From Chiloscyllium plagiosum (taxonomy: Eukaryota): a stretch of 64,000 nt of DNA. The notes beneath the pieces are model-generated. The model was not told the DNA's origin, ran no database searches, and worked only from the letters and a program-made list of their open reading frames with translations. A program made the position numbers and the translations under genes. This document shows, one piece after another, positions 37,701 through 51,789 of the stretch (positions within the stretch are counted from its first letter, which is position 1; every line of letters begins with the position of its first letter). The stretch is taken from positions 49,251,336 through 49,315,335 of the forward strand of contig NC_057719.1 in NCBI RefSeq assembly GCF_004010195.1, read 5' to 3'.

Positions 37701-40619
37701 AGATGTTTTAGTTGACATTATGCTTGGATAATGATGACTTGTGTTGAGGTAAAGCCTGGTCCATAGTGAGTCTGCATTTGAATTATCATGTGCCATTTTG
37801 GTTTTCTTCATGTTTCAAGTGTGCAACACAGCAGTGTGCTCAACATGAGGACTTCACTGAAGTGAAGCTTCATTACTATATCAAACTAGAATAGACATTT
37901 GTCGATGATTATAGTTCAATCCAAACTTCTCCTTCTTGAAACAAAAGAGGTATTGTCATGTACATGTTTAGTTATCTAAGTTATGAACTATATACACAAC
38001 CATTCTTATCAATTTACTATTTCCATCATTCTGTGCAATCATTATGTACAGTCCTTAAATTGTGTTGCTCTCTTAATCGTACGATTGCATATTGCCATTG
38101 GCTGTTTACTAGGTGATGTTGCTTCACCAGTGAGTGTCATTCTTGTGTCATTTGTTGTTATTAATGAGCTCTAGGTCTGATGTGTGTTCTGTACATAGGG
38201 AGTACATTTACCTCCTCCCTGATCAGCTTCGACAGTTGTGTTACGTGCCTGCTGCTGCAACAGTGGTTGTTCACTTCCACTTGGGTTGGCTTTTCTTTTG
38301 ATTGTTGAATGATTACACCTTGACTGCCTGTCCAATATCAACTCTGGCAATTATTTAGAAGTCTGAATAACATTTGGATTTCTGCCATTTCATATTGATT
38401 TTTTTCTCTTACCTATTATTACTTCTGGTTTCAGTAGGCCTTGTTTGCTATTGGAAGAGTAGTTTTATCTGCGGTGTATCACTAGTCTTTGTATTGAATT
38501 ACTTTTCATGCGATCAGTCAGCGTGTTTCTCCAGTCATGGATTGCCTTGTGCTAGATTTGCTTGATTTCATGATTTCTTTGGTGATTTTTGTTTCTGTCT
38601 CATCTTTGATTGGGGACAGTGTGATGTGGAATTTCCTAAACTTTCAAGAAGTGACTGAATTCTTCACTTGAACTGAGGGCCAATGTCACTCGTGATAATG
38701 TCAGGAATGTCACAACGGAAGAATTGTCTCTTTTAGGCATTTGACAGAATCAGCTTGTGGCCATTGAAGTCAGCTGGTCTACTTCCCAACAGGCAGAATA
38801 TTAGTCTACTGTGACAAGATAATGTTCTCTCATTTCTCATAACAGCAATAGCTTTATCTTTGTAAACGTTTTTGTTAAAGGACACATGCCTCCTCACAGT
38901 TTTATGGTATTATTGTCAAGATAGCTGAATCATTTGGTTTTAAGACACTAACCTCTCCTTTAGTCCATCATTTAGTTTGTCGTGCTGCTGTTATCTGCTT
39001 GTTGCTTAGGTTCTTCCAGCAGGTTTAATTCAGGCACCTTTAACTCAGATATGTAGTGGTTATTAACATTTTGTTGCCAGTTCCAATGTTCTAATGTTCC
39101 AATGTCCTTTTAACCTCAGCATCCTGAGATTTTGACTCTTGAATATATTCTAACTGGAGTAGCAATGTTCATGGCAGACTTATGGAGGGGCGTGAATCTT
39201 TTTATTTTGCTACAGGTTCCAGTCTGAAGATGTCATATAATCACAACTTAACATGAGAGCTAATAATTTACAATTATATATCCACAGAACTGTGTGGCTC
39301 ATTGTTGCTTTTATTTTGCAATTTTGTTGATCTAAGGAAAGCTAGGACATGTGTGGAATACATAGAAATATTGATTAGAAACGGTTGTACACAATGTTAC
39401 CAAACAAAATACAATTGTGCTTAAAAACCTAATCACTTGTCAAGGCAAAGAATGAGTTTAACCACCGGAAACACATTCCATAAAACAAACTTTATGAGTA
39501 TTCAGTACCCTAAATCAGCATGGAAATAAGGTAGTAAACAGCACTTCTCCTTTTCCCATATTCTGAATTAATCTGATCCTATTTCAAACTTCCTTAAGGT
39601 AAGACAAAAAATTAAGCAAATGTGACAATTGTACAAGGAAACTATTGCCCCATACAACTGTAGGGTTAACAGTCTATTCTACTGAAAGAAATTTCACTAC
39701 ATTTAACAAATGATAATTTGGTTACAAAATAAATTCCCTTTCAAGTTTTATTTGGGATGTGTGCAGTTGTATTTTGGAGAAACAGCTTTAATCATTGTGG
39801 ATGTAGAATGACTAAAGGTGATTCATAAGATTGCTCTCCTCTCAGTTGAAGAGCAGGAGTGTTATAAACTGAAGTGCTTCATATGGAAGTAAATGAAGAG
39901 AATGTAATTAACTTAATGGCAATAGGAAAATGCTCCTGGGATACATCACTTTTCATCAGATTTCTATCATCTCTAAAAGATAGCTCTTCCACTCAGAGAG
40001 CTTTCAATAGAAGTGTTATCAAAGCAGAAGTGTCAAAATCTATTAAGTCAGGAATGGATGGTGGTCTGCCCTCAAATTTTTATTTTTGCCAGCTTTAAAC
40101 TAATTTCAGAATAATTACCAAAATAAGTGCTGATATTTGCTAGCAAGGTTATGGTGTGCTTAATTCAAAAATGAGATATAATGTCATCTTAAATCTTTCT
40201 CTGGTGTGACCCAGAGAAGAATATCGTACCAGCTCGTGTCGGTGATCTTGAATATCAGGCTCAGTGGGTTTTCCTGAATTTGCGATAGTAGGATATGATA
40301 ACATTAAAATTTCTTTTTGAAATTATGCCATTCCTATAAATTACTATAAAATGATGATGCAGTAAATGGAGAGATTACATTCCTCGTATTTACATGTGGA
40401 TAACAGTTGCTACAAACAACAGTATCATTGTCAATGGGACAATCTCTTGATAGATTATAATTTTATAAATACACTTTATTGATCTGTACTTCCATAGAAA
40501 TGAATTTGACCACCATTGTATGCAATTTGAAGAGAATACATACCTGACAGGTTTCCATGTACATGTGGTTCATTTTAAATTTGAAGTATACTTACAATTC
40601 AGAAAGTCCTGTTAACCTT

Positions 40620-40658
40620 TTGAGATATAAAGTAGGATTATGCTACTTTATATCTCAA
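40620..40658. repeat. Isolated perfect hairpin (16-bp stem, 7-nt loop)
   Basis: TTGAGATATAAAGTAG-gattatg-CTACTTTATATCTCAA. Confidence 0.9.
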
Positions 40659-41364
40659 GATCTACTCCTGTAAATGAAGAAAAGCCATTTCTTGCCTTGG
40701 ATATTGATTCAGATACATTTGAGCAAATTTAAAGAGTCCAAAGATTCAAGGAGTCAATGCTTTAAAATGTTTTGTAAATATAATAATTTAAATTTTGTAG
40801 ACAGTTACAAAGGAATGAAATTTGCCATTGCTACACTGACTGATGCCTAAAAGATCTTTGTGGACTTCTTTCAGTTGACATACCCGAGTGCCAAACTTGT
40901 TAAATGATAAAATGGTGTCAAAATTTATTATGCACTGTTAACTAATGCCCATTGCTTCTAATGTAGTGGCACACAAATGTCATGCTACAGCTTATTTAAT
41001 GGCTGTGTACACTATGTGTGTGAACAAAATGTTGAGTGTGGCATGCCTGGCTAAGTGCGAGAAACTGATATTTTTGAGAAACTAACATTTCATAATGGTT
41101 GCTTTTTACTTTCGCCTGGGATGTGGGTGCGAGATTGTCATTTGTTGACCATCCCTAGTACCCCTTGAACATAGTGGGTTGCTAGGCCATTGCAGTGGGT
41201 AATTAAGAGCCTACCACATTGCAGTGGATGTAGAGTCATGTGTTAGCAAAGTGGCAGATTTCCTTTCCTCAAGGAAATTAGCAAATGGTACAGTTCCATA
41301 CAGTATTTACTCTCACTGGTGTTGGTGTACCAGTTTGTTCAGCATAGATCATGGAAGATCATCA

Positions 41365-41415
41365 AATCCCTACAGTGTGGAAACAGGCCATTTGGCCCAA
41401 CAAGTCCACACCGAC
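41365..41415 (-). mobile_element. HE1 SINE 3' fragment
   Basis: tacagtgtggaaacaggccatttggcccaacaagtccacaccgac. Confidence 0.8.
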
Positions 41416-41619
41416 AGACTGATATTTCTTTCAGATGACAGAACTATTATAAATTCCTGAATGGGCTCAAGCATGCTGTGATGATCATTCTTGCTCTCAG
41501 TATTTGCTTCTTCTTGCAAACTTTTATGAGTCTTAGCTTCTGAGCTGCATTCACTGATCGAGCGTTTTCCAGACTTGACAATCCTGTATAATGTAAAATG
41601 TTTTTAAATGATGAATTCT

Positions 41620-42009
41620 GAAGAAAATGCAGGACCAGCAAGAGAGACTAACCAAATTCAACTGGAATAGAGCACTAACCAAGATTGGTTTCTTCTGAAT
41701 CACTGGCCACCACAGTGATGACTAACCCCCAGCTGTGTACCTGGCATTGTTTCAATGGCCCAGGTGTATCCTTTCCAATATATCTTCCCCAAAAGAAGTT
41801 GGAGTCATTAGTCTTCGGTCGTGCACCAGCAAGACTTCTATAATCATGAAATATTGTTAATGTTCAAAGTAAGTATAGATGGCTAACTCACAGAACAATT
41901 GGCATGGTGATCATTCAACACAGTACTAGTGAATGGTAGAACAATCCTGGTTAGTGTTTTGTTCCTGTTGAATTTGGTTAGTCTCTCTTGCTGGTCCCGC
42001 ATTTTCTTC
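41620..42009. mobile_element. MITE-like element with ~68-bp terminal inverted repeats
   Basis: gaagaaaatgcaggaccagcaagagagactaaccaaattcaac... (41620-41687) pairs with 41942-42009 with few mismatches. Confidence 0.75.
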
Positions 42010-42517
42010 TCTGTCATATAAATTATATCATTTATGTCCGTGTGTGTGATCTGAACAGGTTCTTTTTTTTCTTTTTGGGCTCCGTCATGAATTTATAATG
42101 AGATTGATCAATAATATTTACTTCAGAACCAGTTGTTATCTGGAGGCTGTTTCTATTTTCTGAACTAAGTTAAGCTCCAAACATGCACCTTGACTCAAAA
42201 GTGAGTGTTGATTGCAATCTATATAAGCATTTCCAAATCTCATACACTTTTGTGTTGTAGTGTGACTTGTCATGTATTTGTCTGCTCTTGACAGTTATTT
42301 CACCTATGTCATGGATTATCATGTCTGTAGGCTGTAGCTTCTCTTTTTCAGCTAAGGGAACTAGGCTGATAGGATAGTGACCTTGGTACTGGTATCAAAC
42401 TTAAAGGTTATCAGGGTGTTCATTTACATAAATTTGGATGTTTTGCATCACTATTTCACTTATAAATGCCTGAATTATCTTTTTGAAAGGATATTGCTGG
42501 ACTACATTAATACCTTT

Positions 42518-42640
42518 GACAACCACCTGATGAAGGAGCGGCACTCTGAAAGCTTCCAAGTTAACCTGTTGGTCTATAACCTGGTGTTGTGTGATTTTTA
42601 ACTTTGTCCATCCCAGTCCAACACTGGTTCCTCCAAGTCA
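42518..42640 (+). mobile_element. Penelope family-2 terminus
   Basis: caaccac-CTGATGA-aggagcggcactct-GAAAGCT...ccagtccaacac. Confidence 0.8.
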
Positions 42641-42844
42641 TGGCTATTATGATATGATACTATTGAATTATTCAATAAAACTTTACATTGTATTACTGGC
42701 TATTCTATTTGTTAGTGCTTTCAAGGGCTTGGATATTAGCTAATGGTAATACCACTGGATGGGTAACCCTGTAGCTCATGGGCTCATATCCAAGAGCAGC
42801 TGAAATATAAAGCTACCATCAGTATTGACAACTATCATTGAGCA

Positions 42845-43075
42845 TTTGTGAGGTCAGTTGGCTGGACAGCTGGTTTGCAATACAGGGTGACACCAAGAAC
42901 ACAGGTTCAATTCCTGCACCAATTAAGGTTACCACGAAAGTCCCAGCTTCTCAATCTCTCACCTTGCCTGAGGCATGGTGACTCTTAAGGTAAGTTACTA
43001 GTCTCTCTCTCTCTCTCTGTATCTAATGGGAAAACAGTCTTATGGTCCGGTAGGATGATGGCAGTTTTACCTTTT
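42845..43075 (+). mobile_element. tRNA-derived SINE (third family) with (CT)n tract
   Basis: A-box-like ggtcagttgg, B box ggttcaattcc, internal (ct)n. Confidence 0.55.
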
Positions 43076-43821
43076 TACTGCTGTCAGGTTTTTAACATCA
43101 GTATCTTTGTGCTGCTTACTGAGTTTTATGTTTTCTTTTTCAGGGTTTTCCTGCCTCTTCAACAATCAAAATGGTGACTACCTAATTTCTAGGTTTTTCC
43201 TGCCTTTTGTAGAAAAGTTGGAAATTTTCCACTTCTTCCTGGCAAAACTGACTCTTTCCCACCTTTCATGACCTAAGACACCAAACACTTCCTACTATAC
43301 AAACTTTGGAATAAGGCTCCTGCCTGCAACCTTTATAAATCTTCCCTCAAAATTGTGGCTAAATTGCTTTGTTCCAGTCTTTTCAAACCTCTAGCATTTC
43401 AGAGTTTTCTTCTTTTGTTTGACTCTCACTGGATTTCTTTAAAGTTGTTCAGTTCAGTCCAAATACATTCTGAGGGACTCTTGATTCTGTGGCCCCTTTA
43501 AATTTGTTTTTTTTGCTCTTCCACTGTTCCTTGTAATTATGATTCATAGAACCTAATTTTGATGAGGCAATGCTTGATATGAGAATAATAACTTCCTCTT
43601 TTACAGTTCCTTACCTTCCTTTTTCTGGTCTTTGTGTCATTTTCCTTAATTCCCGTTGGGATCTCTAGTGTTACATTGTGGTCCATTCAGTTGCTTCCTA
43701 TACAGCCTCCTTCCCTAAGGACTCTGTATTTTCAAGTGTGACTGGCCTTTCTTTCTTTTCCCAGCTCACACTCTTGCCCTTGCATTTTTGTTTACCAGTT
43801 TCTGGGTTAGGTTTTACCTTT

Positions 43822-43918
43822 GGAATCAAGAGTGTGGTGCTGGAAAAGCACAGCAGGTCAGGCAGCATCTGAGGAGCAGGAGAATTGACAGTTTGGGCAT
43901 TAGCCCTTCATCAGGAAT
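43822..43918 (-). mobile_element. Penelope family-1 terminus
   Basis: ctggaaaagcacagcaggtcaggcagcatc...gggcattagcccttcatcaggaat, homologous to 1-62 and 9261-9345. Confidence 0.8.
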
Positions 43919-44088
43919 ACCTTAGAGAGCTGAGTTTGCATTTTTGCTGTGTCCTTGTCTGCTGCTATCTCTCTCTGTTAGTAATTGATATTTTTAGCTG
44001 CTGATCGACTGTTTTTTTAAAGTTCATTTTGAAGCAACCTATTGAAGACGTGCTATTTTTAGATAATAAGAAGATTTATTGTATATTT

Positions 44089-44762
44089 TGTTCTGGAGAA
44101 AGACCAAACCTCCCTTTAAATATCTGAAGGAGATAGTCTAGACCCTGACTTTTATCTTATTTAAAGGCATGTAGAACGGGGTCGGTTCCACGTGTAATTT
44201 GTCTTGTCACACTACTTGGCCTTAAGCTAAATACCCTTTATTCTTGCACCCAATTAAAATACATCAAAAGAAAGAAGAATTGGTATAACTTTAACTCTAC
44301 AGGAAAACCTAATAGAATAGCAGATCATTTAATGACTAAATAGTAATTGTTGCAAAGCAGTAGCATCCTATTAACACACTCTTGGCAAAGGCAAATTCAG
44401 TAAAATAGATTGTCACACATGCAATGTTTCTCCAGTCCAGGAGAAAAGAACATCAAGAAAAAATTCTGGTGGAGAGAAAGAATTCAAGCTTTTCGCTGCG
44501 GCTGAGAGATATGTATAACAGCTTTAATAGCCAACTTCAAAACCCCAACAACTGATAACTAAATTAAAACCCTGATTCTATAGGAACCTGACTCCACCCA
44601 TTCATGCTGCTTCTATTGTTCTAACTTAAAAAAGACCCAAGGCCCCTCAAGCTGCTTACTTTATTGGCTTCGAAGACACAGATTAACAACTCTGGCCCAA
44701 AGCTATCTTCAAAAGAAAAATAAAGGACAAAATATGCCTCTTATACCCATAGTATCATCACA
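44089..44762 (-). mobile_element. Solo LTR (674 bp, Gypsy-type)
   Basis: TGT...ACA termini, ATTT direct repeat at 44085-44088 and 44763-44766, AATAAA on the minus strand at ~44240. Confidence 0.7.
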
Positions 44763-45647
44763 ATTTATTTCAAAAATGTCTGTTAGGTCGATAAAACCAT
44801 GGGCATGCTCTGCTAGCTACACTTTGAAAAGAGAAAAGGCCATGTGTTCTCCTCTTTGTGCATAAATGTATCAGGCACCCCTTCATATAACTGTGAGATG
44901 TGAGTTATTGTTATTGCTTGCTACTGCAGCCTGGAAGGAGGGCAATGTGAAGGTGTTCATTGGTCAGGACCAGTTTTCTGCATTCTGAAGTTGTCTGATT
45001 TTCTTTATAAAAACAGTAAAGGCTGACATCCCACTGTCAATATTTACAGAAAAGACAAACTATTAAGTTGTTGTAACCTCTTAAACAGCTAGCAATGTCC
45101 TCCACACTAGCACGGTGCCCTTCGCCCCAGCTTGGTTTATAGCAACACACTAATTTCTTCCACCTTATTGAATGATTCTTTTACAAATGTTACCCTTCAC
45201 ACTGTCTCTACATTCCAACAGTTAGTTATTATTTGCTTCTTTAGATGATATCCATCGCGATATTTTCTGTGTAGTTTGCATATCCATTAGCTTCACTTTT
45301 ATTTTGGAGTGTCATTTTCATTTTAACATGCTAAACTGCTAATAAATTGTGCCATTGAAATTAGGGACTGTGATGCTATATTTGAAAGTCTAGCTGATTT
45401 GTAGCAGTTTTAACATTGTACAAGATCAGTGCCTTGCCCCTGTTCATGTTGTTGCTGCCATCTTGATAATGTAGCATTTCCTATCGCCCTCATATAATTT
45501 TCTGGGTTATAGCAGTCTCTCAGTTTGCATAAACATGCTGTTCCCTTAGTTGTCCTATGAATTACCTAGAAGCAAAAACAAGAGGAAATCATTTTCTGGC
45601 AAGTAAGCCCTTACTGAGAAAAGAATGGTTAGCTCATATATTAGTTC

Positions 45648-45955
45648 ATTTACAGTGTGGAAACAGGCCCTTCGGCCCACCAAGTCCACACCGACCCACC
45701 AAAGCGCAACCCACCCAGACCCTTTCCCCTACATTTACCCCTTCACCTAACACTACAGGCAATTTAGCATGGCCAATCCACTTAACCTGCACATTTTTGG
45801 ACTGTGGGAGGAAACCAGAGCACCCGGAGGAAACCCACGCAGTCATGGGGAGAATGTGCGAACTCCACACAGAGAGTCACCTGAGGCAGGAATTGAACCC
45901 GGGTGTCTGGCGCTGTGAGGCAGCAGTGCTAACCACTGTGCCACCATGTCGCCCA
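45648..45955 (-). mobile_element. HE1-type V-SINE
   Basis: Full HE1 sequence. Confidence 0.92.
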
Positions 45956-48160
45956 TCATATCTTTGAAAATAATAGTCTTTCCAAATAGTAGTATGCTAC
46001 TGATGGGACTTAATTTTGGTAGCGCACATAAGTCAATTTCTTGGCACAGTCAATCTATTAGGGCAGGAAAGGTGGGCATTGATAAGTAAATTTCGGATTT
46101 CCTGGCATTATACTGAGAAGTACATCTGTGTTCCCCCAGGAGCGTAATGGGTCTTGTTCATTGGGATCAATGTTTGGTCTTTTAACATTTATGTTCTTTG
46201 GTGGTATAATAAAAAAAATCTAGTCTCCCTCCTGAATCGGCAGAGATGAACAACCTCCACTTTGCAACCTTTGTCAGGCAACGTTCAGAAGGTAGGCTAC
46301 AAATATCAATATCCAATGTAATTTCTATAAATAACGAGATAATTACGATGATTCCTTGGGGCTTTCTGAATTGGCATCTGTAATTGTAGATAACACAGCT
46401 ACAATTCTCGGCAAATGCTCGGATAGAAATTATTGTGCCTTTGATTTTGAAATAAACAATTGCATCTGTTTGTACTATATATAAACATAATATAACTCGC
46501 ACCTACTTTCTACTTTAGTTCAATTTCTATACAGTATGCCCTTCGTTGAAAATTGGAGAGAATTCTCTTATTTGCCTTTGTCTGACTGTTGATATATTAT
46601 TGATGATAGAAAGCAGCAATTTCTAAGCTTTAGTGCCATGCAGTTGCTGGGTTGGATCCCTTTATTGATTGTGTGTCTTTTCATAATTCTGTTGGTTTGC
46701 TTTTAGCTTGATGGTGGATATTGCTCGGACAGTCCTCTTTGTAAAGTACATAAAATGAATTCTGTTTCTGTGTAAAGAAACCACTATTGTGGCAACTTGT
46801 GTGTGGAATTATAAATGTGGAATTACAAAGTGTTTGAGTAAACAAGGCATATATTTGTTGCAAATTTTTATTGATTTTTCAGGCATCTTACTTTGTGCTC
46901 AGGGTGGGGAGTTTTATTTTAGGTTCACTAAAATAAAGCATTCTGTGATAAAATACTGAGGGAAATGCGTGTTTTCATGAAGCAATGGTTAGTAACCTGA
47001 AAAACTCGAGATATTTTGTCAATGCATCTTTTAAAAATAAAGATGTATCATATATGTTGCATTGTGGGTGTACTCATTATGTGTACTAAATAAATTTGCC
47101 CTCTTTTTGGAATTTTCTGGCCCACTGTATGTTCTTGTGAAAAGTAATGCCATCACCACTTTGGTGTTAACAGTCAAATTGTCTGTCACTCAACCATTGT
47201 GGTAATTTTACACTGTAATAGCATTCTTAGCCCCACCGTCAGACATACTTGATTGGTGGTGGGGAATTTGGTTAGTGTGTTGGAGTTAGGCACAATGGCC
47301 CAGGTGTGTAGTTACGTTTGTAGAAGAATATTAGCATTCATACAGCAACATGACTCCAATATGTTGACCTCCAGGTTTTACTGAGGTGCATTTGGCTGTG
47401 CTCGTGCAAGCTATTTGTTCACTTGAGCAGCTGCAATCTTTTAAGTGTAAGCAGTGAGCAATTCATACATTTACAGGGATAATTGAATGCAAATGAGGCT
47501 CTTTCCTCAAGAATCTTTGAAGACCCAGCATGGGTCTCCATAGGTTCAGCAAAGTGAACAGTGAAACCAAGTTGAGTTGCAGGTGCACCTCATGGGGGTC
47601 TATCAACTTCTGATAGCCCAAATTTAAAATATGTTCAATTTTTACAGCTGCTTATTCAGTTCCTTCTGACAAATACTGAGCAGCGAATTATTGCCACAAT
47701 ACAGACTTTGCAGAACCTTTTGAATAGAAACCAGCTCCACTACTTGTCTTTTCAGAAGGGTATTGCTTCCATAGGCTGACGCTGTCACAGTCACACCAAG
47801 TGGTTGTAACTGTTTAGAGTGGACACAGGTATTTACAGTACTCAGGAAGAAGACTGGACCTGGTACACATGTTGGGAATAATCACTTCCCTCAATTCTTT
47901 TCCTTGAGATGCCTAACAGTATTTCCCAGCAAGTGTGTCCAGAATTACAATGGTGTGCTGTGTCCTGCACACCAGGGAGGAAAGCTAGTGGAAAAGCTCA
48001 ACATTTCTGATGTTATCTTGAGAAACAGTCCTTCATCCAGATGTATGTCCATTGCAAGCTCATCATAAAATGAGCGAAAGGATACAATAAGAGGCAAGAT
48101 GTGGAAGGGATACTCAGCAATCAATAAGGAAGAGAACATGAACAATACGACATTTTGTCA

Positions 48161-48373
48161 TAAAACAAAAGAACTGTGGATGCTGGAGATCTGAAAGAAA
48201 AGCAGAAATTGTGCATAAATTCAGCAGGTCTGGTAGCATCTGGGGAGAAAGCATCATATTGAGTATTGAGTCCAGAAACTATTCATCAGTCACTGGACTC
48301 AAAATGTTAACTGTTTCTCCTTGGATGCTGCCAGAGCTGCTGAGTTTTTCCAGCAATTGTTGTTTCAGTTTGT
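48161..48373. mobile_element. Fold-back Penelope family-3 element
   Basis: Inverted arms. Degenerate 12-bp TSD gacattttgtca / gacacttggtca. Confidence 0.7.
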
Positions 48374-50669
48374 GACACTTGGTCAGTCTGCTCAGAGTCT
48401 TACCTGATTATCGACGTGCTTTTAGCTGATGCCGTCTGGTTTTGGAGTCTGTCAGGGCATCCCCACAGACTGCTCCATCTTTACAGTGGCAGACTTAGAA
48501 AAAAGGCAGCATCCCTGATACTACCTGAAGGAAGTGTGAATGGTGAGGAACTTTATGGTGGAATCCTGACTTCTGTGACCCTGTTTGCTGTTTTTAGTGC
48601 AAGTGCCAAATCATTCCTAGCTCTCTACTACACAACAACTTGCTGGACAATAGTGTCCACATTGTAAGGCCACAGGTAAATTATTTGCCATTCTATGGTA
48701 CAACCATATTCACATTCAGAATCTGCACAACCATGCTAACGGCTTGTTTGCATTCTTACAGTTGCATTTAAAACTCAGTGGAGGTGGTTGTCCTCTCCAT
48801 GGTAATTCCCTGTGCCACCAATCCACTAGCAATCAAATTGGATTCCTCCATACTCTGTTATTGTATGTATGGCACATCTGTTAGTAGTTGGATAGGTTGC
48901 TGTTGAGCCTCCTCATATTTTCTTCCATAACCATGGCCTATAGAGTTCAGTATCTTTGTCCAGCTGTGTTGAGCTTGTAAAGGTTTCTCCTCCCATCCTG
49001 AATCTGGACTTTCTATAGCACACTGTGTCACAAGTGTCTGCTCTTCCCTTACCCATTAATTCTGAATCACGAAGTGAAAGCCTAACTCTGTCACTGGGTC
49101 AGATATTTGCATTGGGGGACTGCTGCAAATTCTGTGACCGTGCTTCCATTAAGGATCATCCTCATGGATATTCATTCATAGTTATATGCTTAAAGCACCT
49201 GACACTAAATATATGGTTAAGAATTGGTTCTGACATCTTAATTATTTACTCAGTACCCTTATAGTTCATCCGTTAAAATAAGTCAAAGGAATGTGATATT
49301 GTAATTTTGTCACTAGCTGCCTGTAGTTCCCAAACCTTCCACCTGAAAGCATTTGGATCTCCATGACATTCTCACCCATGCTCCTGTCCTTTTACATTCT
49401 CTGTTTCTACAAGGAACCAACTAACTGAGCAGCTGATATGACTGGGAATCTCTGAAGTTCAGGTTTTGTTGAACACTGTGGAGTTTTAACTCCAGGATGA
49501 GTTTGAATTTCCCCCCCAATATCCCTCTTGTTGACAGTAACGCAAAGGCTGTAGCACAAATATTAGACCAGGCAGCGGATATGATAATAATGGGGGATGT
49601 TACATGGCTGGGGAGATACAAATTGGTCAGTAGTGGTCAGTAAAGGTGGCAGGTGGGAGGAAGAAGCTGACAGATTGTGGTGAGAGTGTTGTTGCTGAAG
49701 GTTACAGATCAGAGTGGGAAGACAGAGTATGGGATGTTGTGGGAATCAGGGGAGATTGTGGATGAGAGGTAGGTTGGACATTGGGTAGGGTGGGTGTGAC
49801 AGGGCTAGTTCATTGGGAATAGAGTAGGCACTCCTGCTTCTCCTGGCCTTTGAGCAGTGTGGTAAAGTCACGCACACTCCAGATCCAGCCTTTCTCATGA
49901 CCATTTGCCAGCTGGGTTTCTTAGGTTAGGGAAAACACATTAACAATTGTTAAAATAAAAACCTTGTTAAAATGCAGGTTCCTTAAAAAGTTTCAATGCT
50001 TGACTTTGTGGTGCAATGGTAGAGACACTATCACTGAACCAGAAACTTGGTTCAGGTCCCATGCCAGTACTTGTTGGCCATGGAAGGAGCGTTGATATGG
50101 TTCAATGGGCCTTCCCCCCTCACTGAATGGGTAACGATATATGTGTGAAGACACATTAAGAGAGAATGTCTGACCCACCTCCAGACAGTGGTTCACTTGA
50201 TTACCTGTGCTCTGCCTCACATAAAACTGGAACTGGGTGAGTTTGAGGTCTGTTGTGGGCTTTGTCTTTGACATTTTTCACTTTTCCATCTGACTCAAGC
50301 CCACACATTTTTGGGTGTTAAAATCACCCTCCAATAAATGGTTGAATGTTGTCCAAAAACTGGGATGAATGGTAACAGCAGATGAAGAATTGGGAAAGTC
50401 ATGAAAGTGCACAAAATAAACGAAGAAAGTAATGATGCCCCAAGTGGTGATTGTGAGGTGTGAAGTGTTGCTGAATGTTAGATGGGGAAGAGTGAAAGAT
50501 AGTGAGAGCTTAAATTACATGATGTACACTGATCAGCAAATACCCACTTTTTCTTGATCATGACATGAAACTGCCTCATACATTGCAATCAAAATAAGGC
50601 TTAATGTTCTGGCTGCCTAATGACTCAATTATCTCCAAACACACAAGTGAGAGTTGCAAGTTTATGTTT

Positions 50670-50915
50670 TTTTTATTCCCTAATGGGACTTGCCATTGCT
50701 AGCTGGTCAGCATTTATTGCCCATTCCCAGTTGCCCATGAGGTGGTGATGAGCTGCTTCTTGAAGTCCATGTGCCAATGGTTCACCTACATGGCTGTTAG
50801 GGAGGGAATTCCAGGATTTTGACACAGTGACACTGAAGAAACAGTGATATATTTCCATGACAGGATGGCGAGTGGCTTGGAGGGGAACGTGCAGGTGGTG
50901 GTGATGTTTCCATTC
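50670..50915 (-). mobile_element. L2/Crack-like LINE 3' end
   Basis: FSVTVSKSWNSLPN...AAHHHL. Same tail as 33440-33650. Confidence 0.8.
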
Positions 50916-51789
50916 TTGGGTTAAGGTATATCCATCTAGCTTCTCACCACAGTAGCAATAACAAAAGTGATGGATCATTAAATCTGGGTGCTACTCTTGG
51001 TGCAGCTATCTCAGTGCCTAAGCTTTCCAAATTGCATTTCTACATACTGTCCCCAAAAATGTAGTTGAGATTGCATTATGCAGATCAGCATCACAGTAAC
51101 TACGCAGCTTGAAGCCGCACAACAGTGGAATAAAAATTTATAACCATAATTGAGCTGAAATTCAAAATTCCAACCTACTGATTGGTGTCTGGGTTTTGCC
51201 CATGTAATTTCTCCCCACCAACATCACCAAACCTCTTCCTCTCCCAAATCCCACTTTACATACAACAGAGCTCTGAAGCCACCTACAAGTTCATACCAGT
51301 AATCCTGGCAGGTGTTTCAGTGCAGTATTAAGGTAATATTGGCATCTATTGGCTGAGATGTTAAAATCAGGTTTCAGGCGAAAGTTGTAAAATATCCCGT
51401 GTTGTTATTATTATGCTCTCTTTGGAGGCTCAGTCTAACAAATTTATTGATACTTTCTCTCATTGCTTTTTGCAGGGGCTTGCTGTTTGCAATTGACTAC
51501 AGTACATACCTACCTGGTAACTAGCATTACAAACTTGGGATTTGACTTATCTGGTACTTGTCACAGAAGTTAAAGCCTGGAAAGCAGATGGCACATGTAG
51601 GTGATGTCTTCAATTTCTAATGTACCCGGCTAAAGCTCTCCTTCCTTCTATATCACCCACTAACCTTTGTTGATCTCCCAAGTTCATTTTTATTTTGACA
51701 ATATATTTCTCTTTATGGTTTCTCCATTCTCTTCACCATAACAGTCATCTTCAGGGTCTGATAAGTGGTTAATTCTGGTTTCCTGTTAT

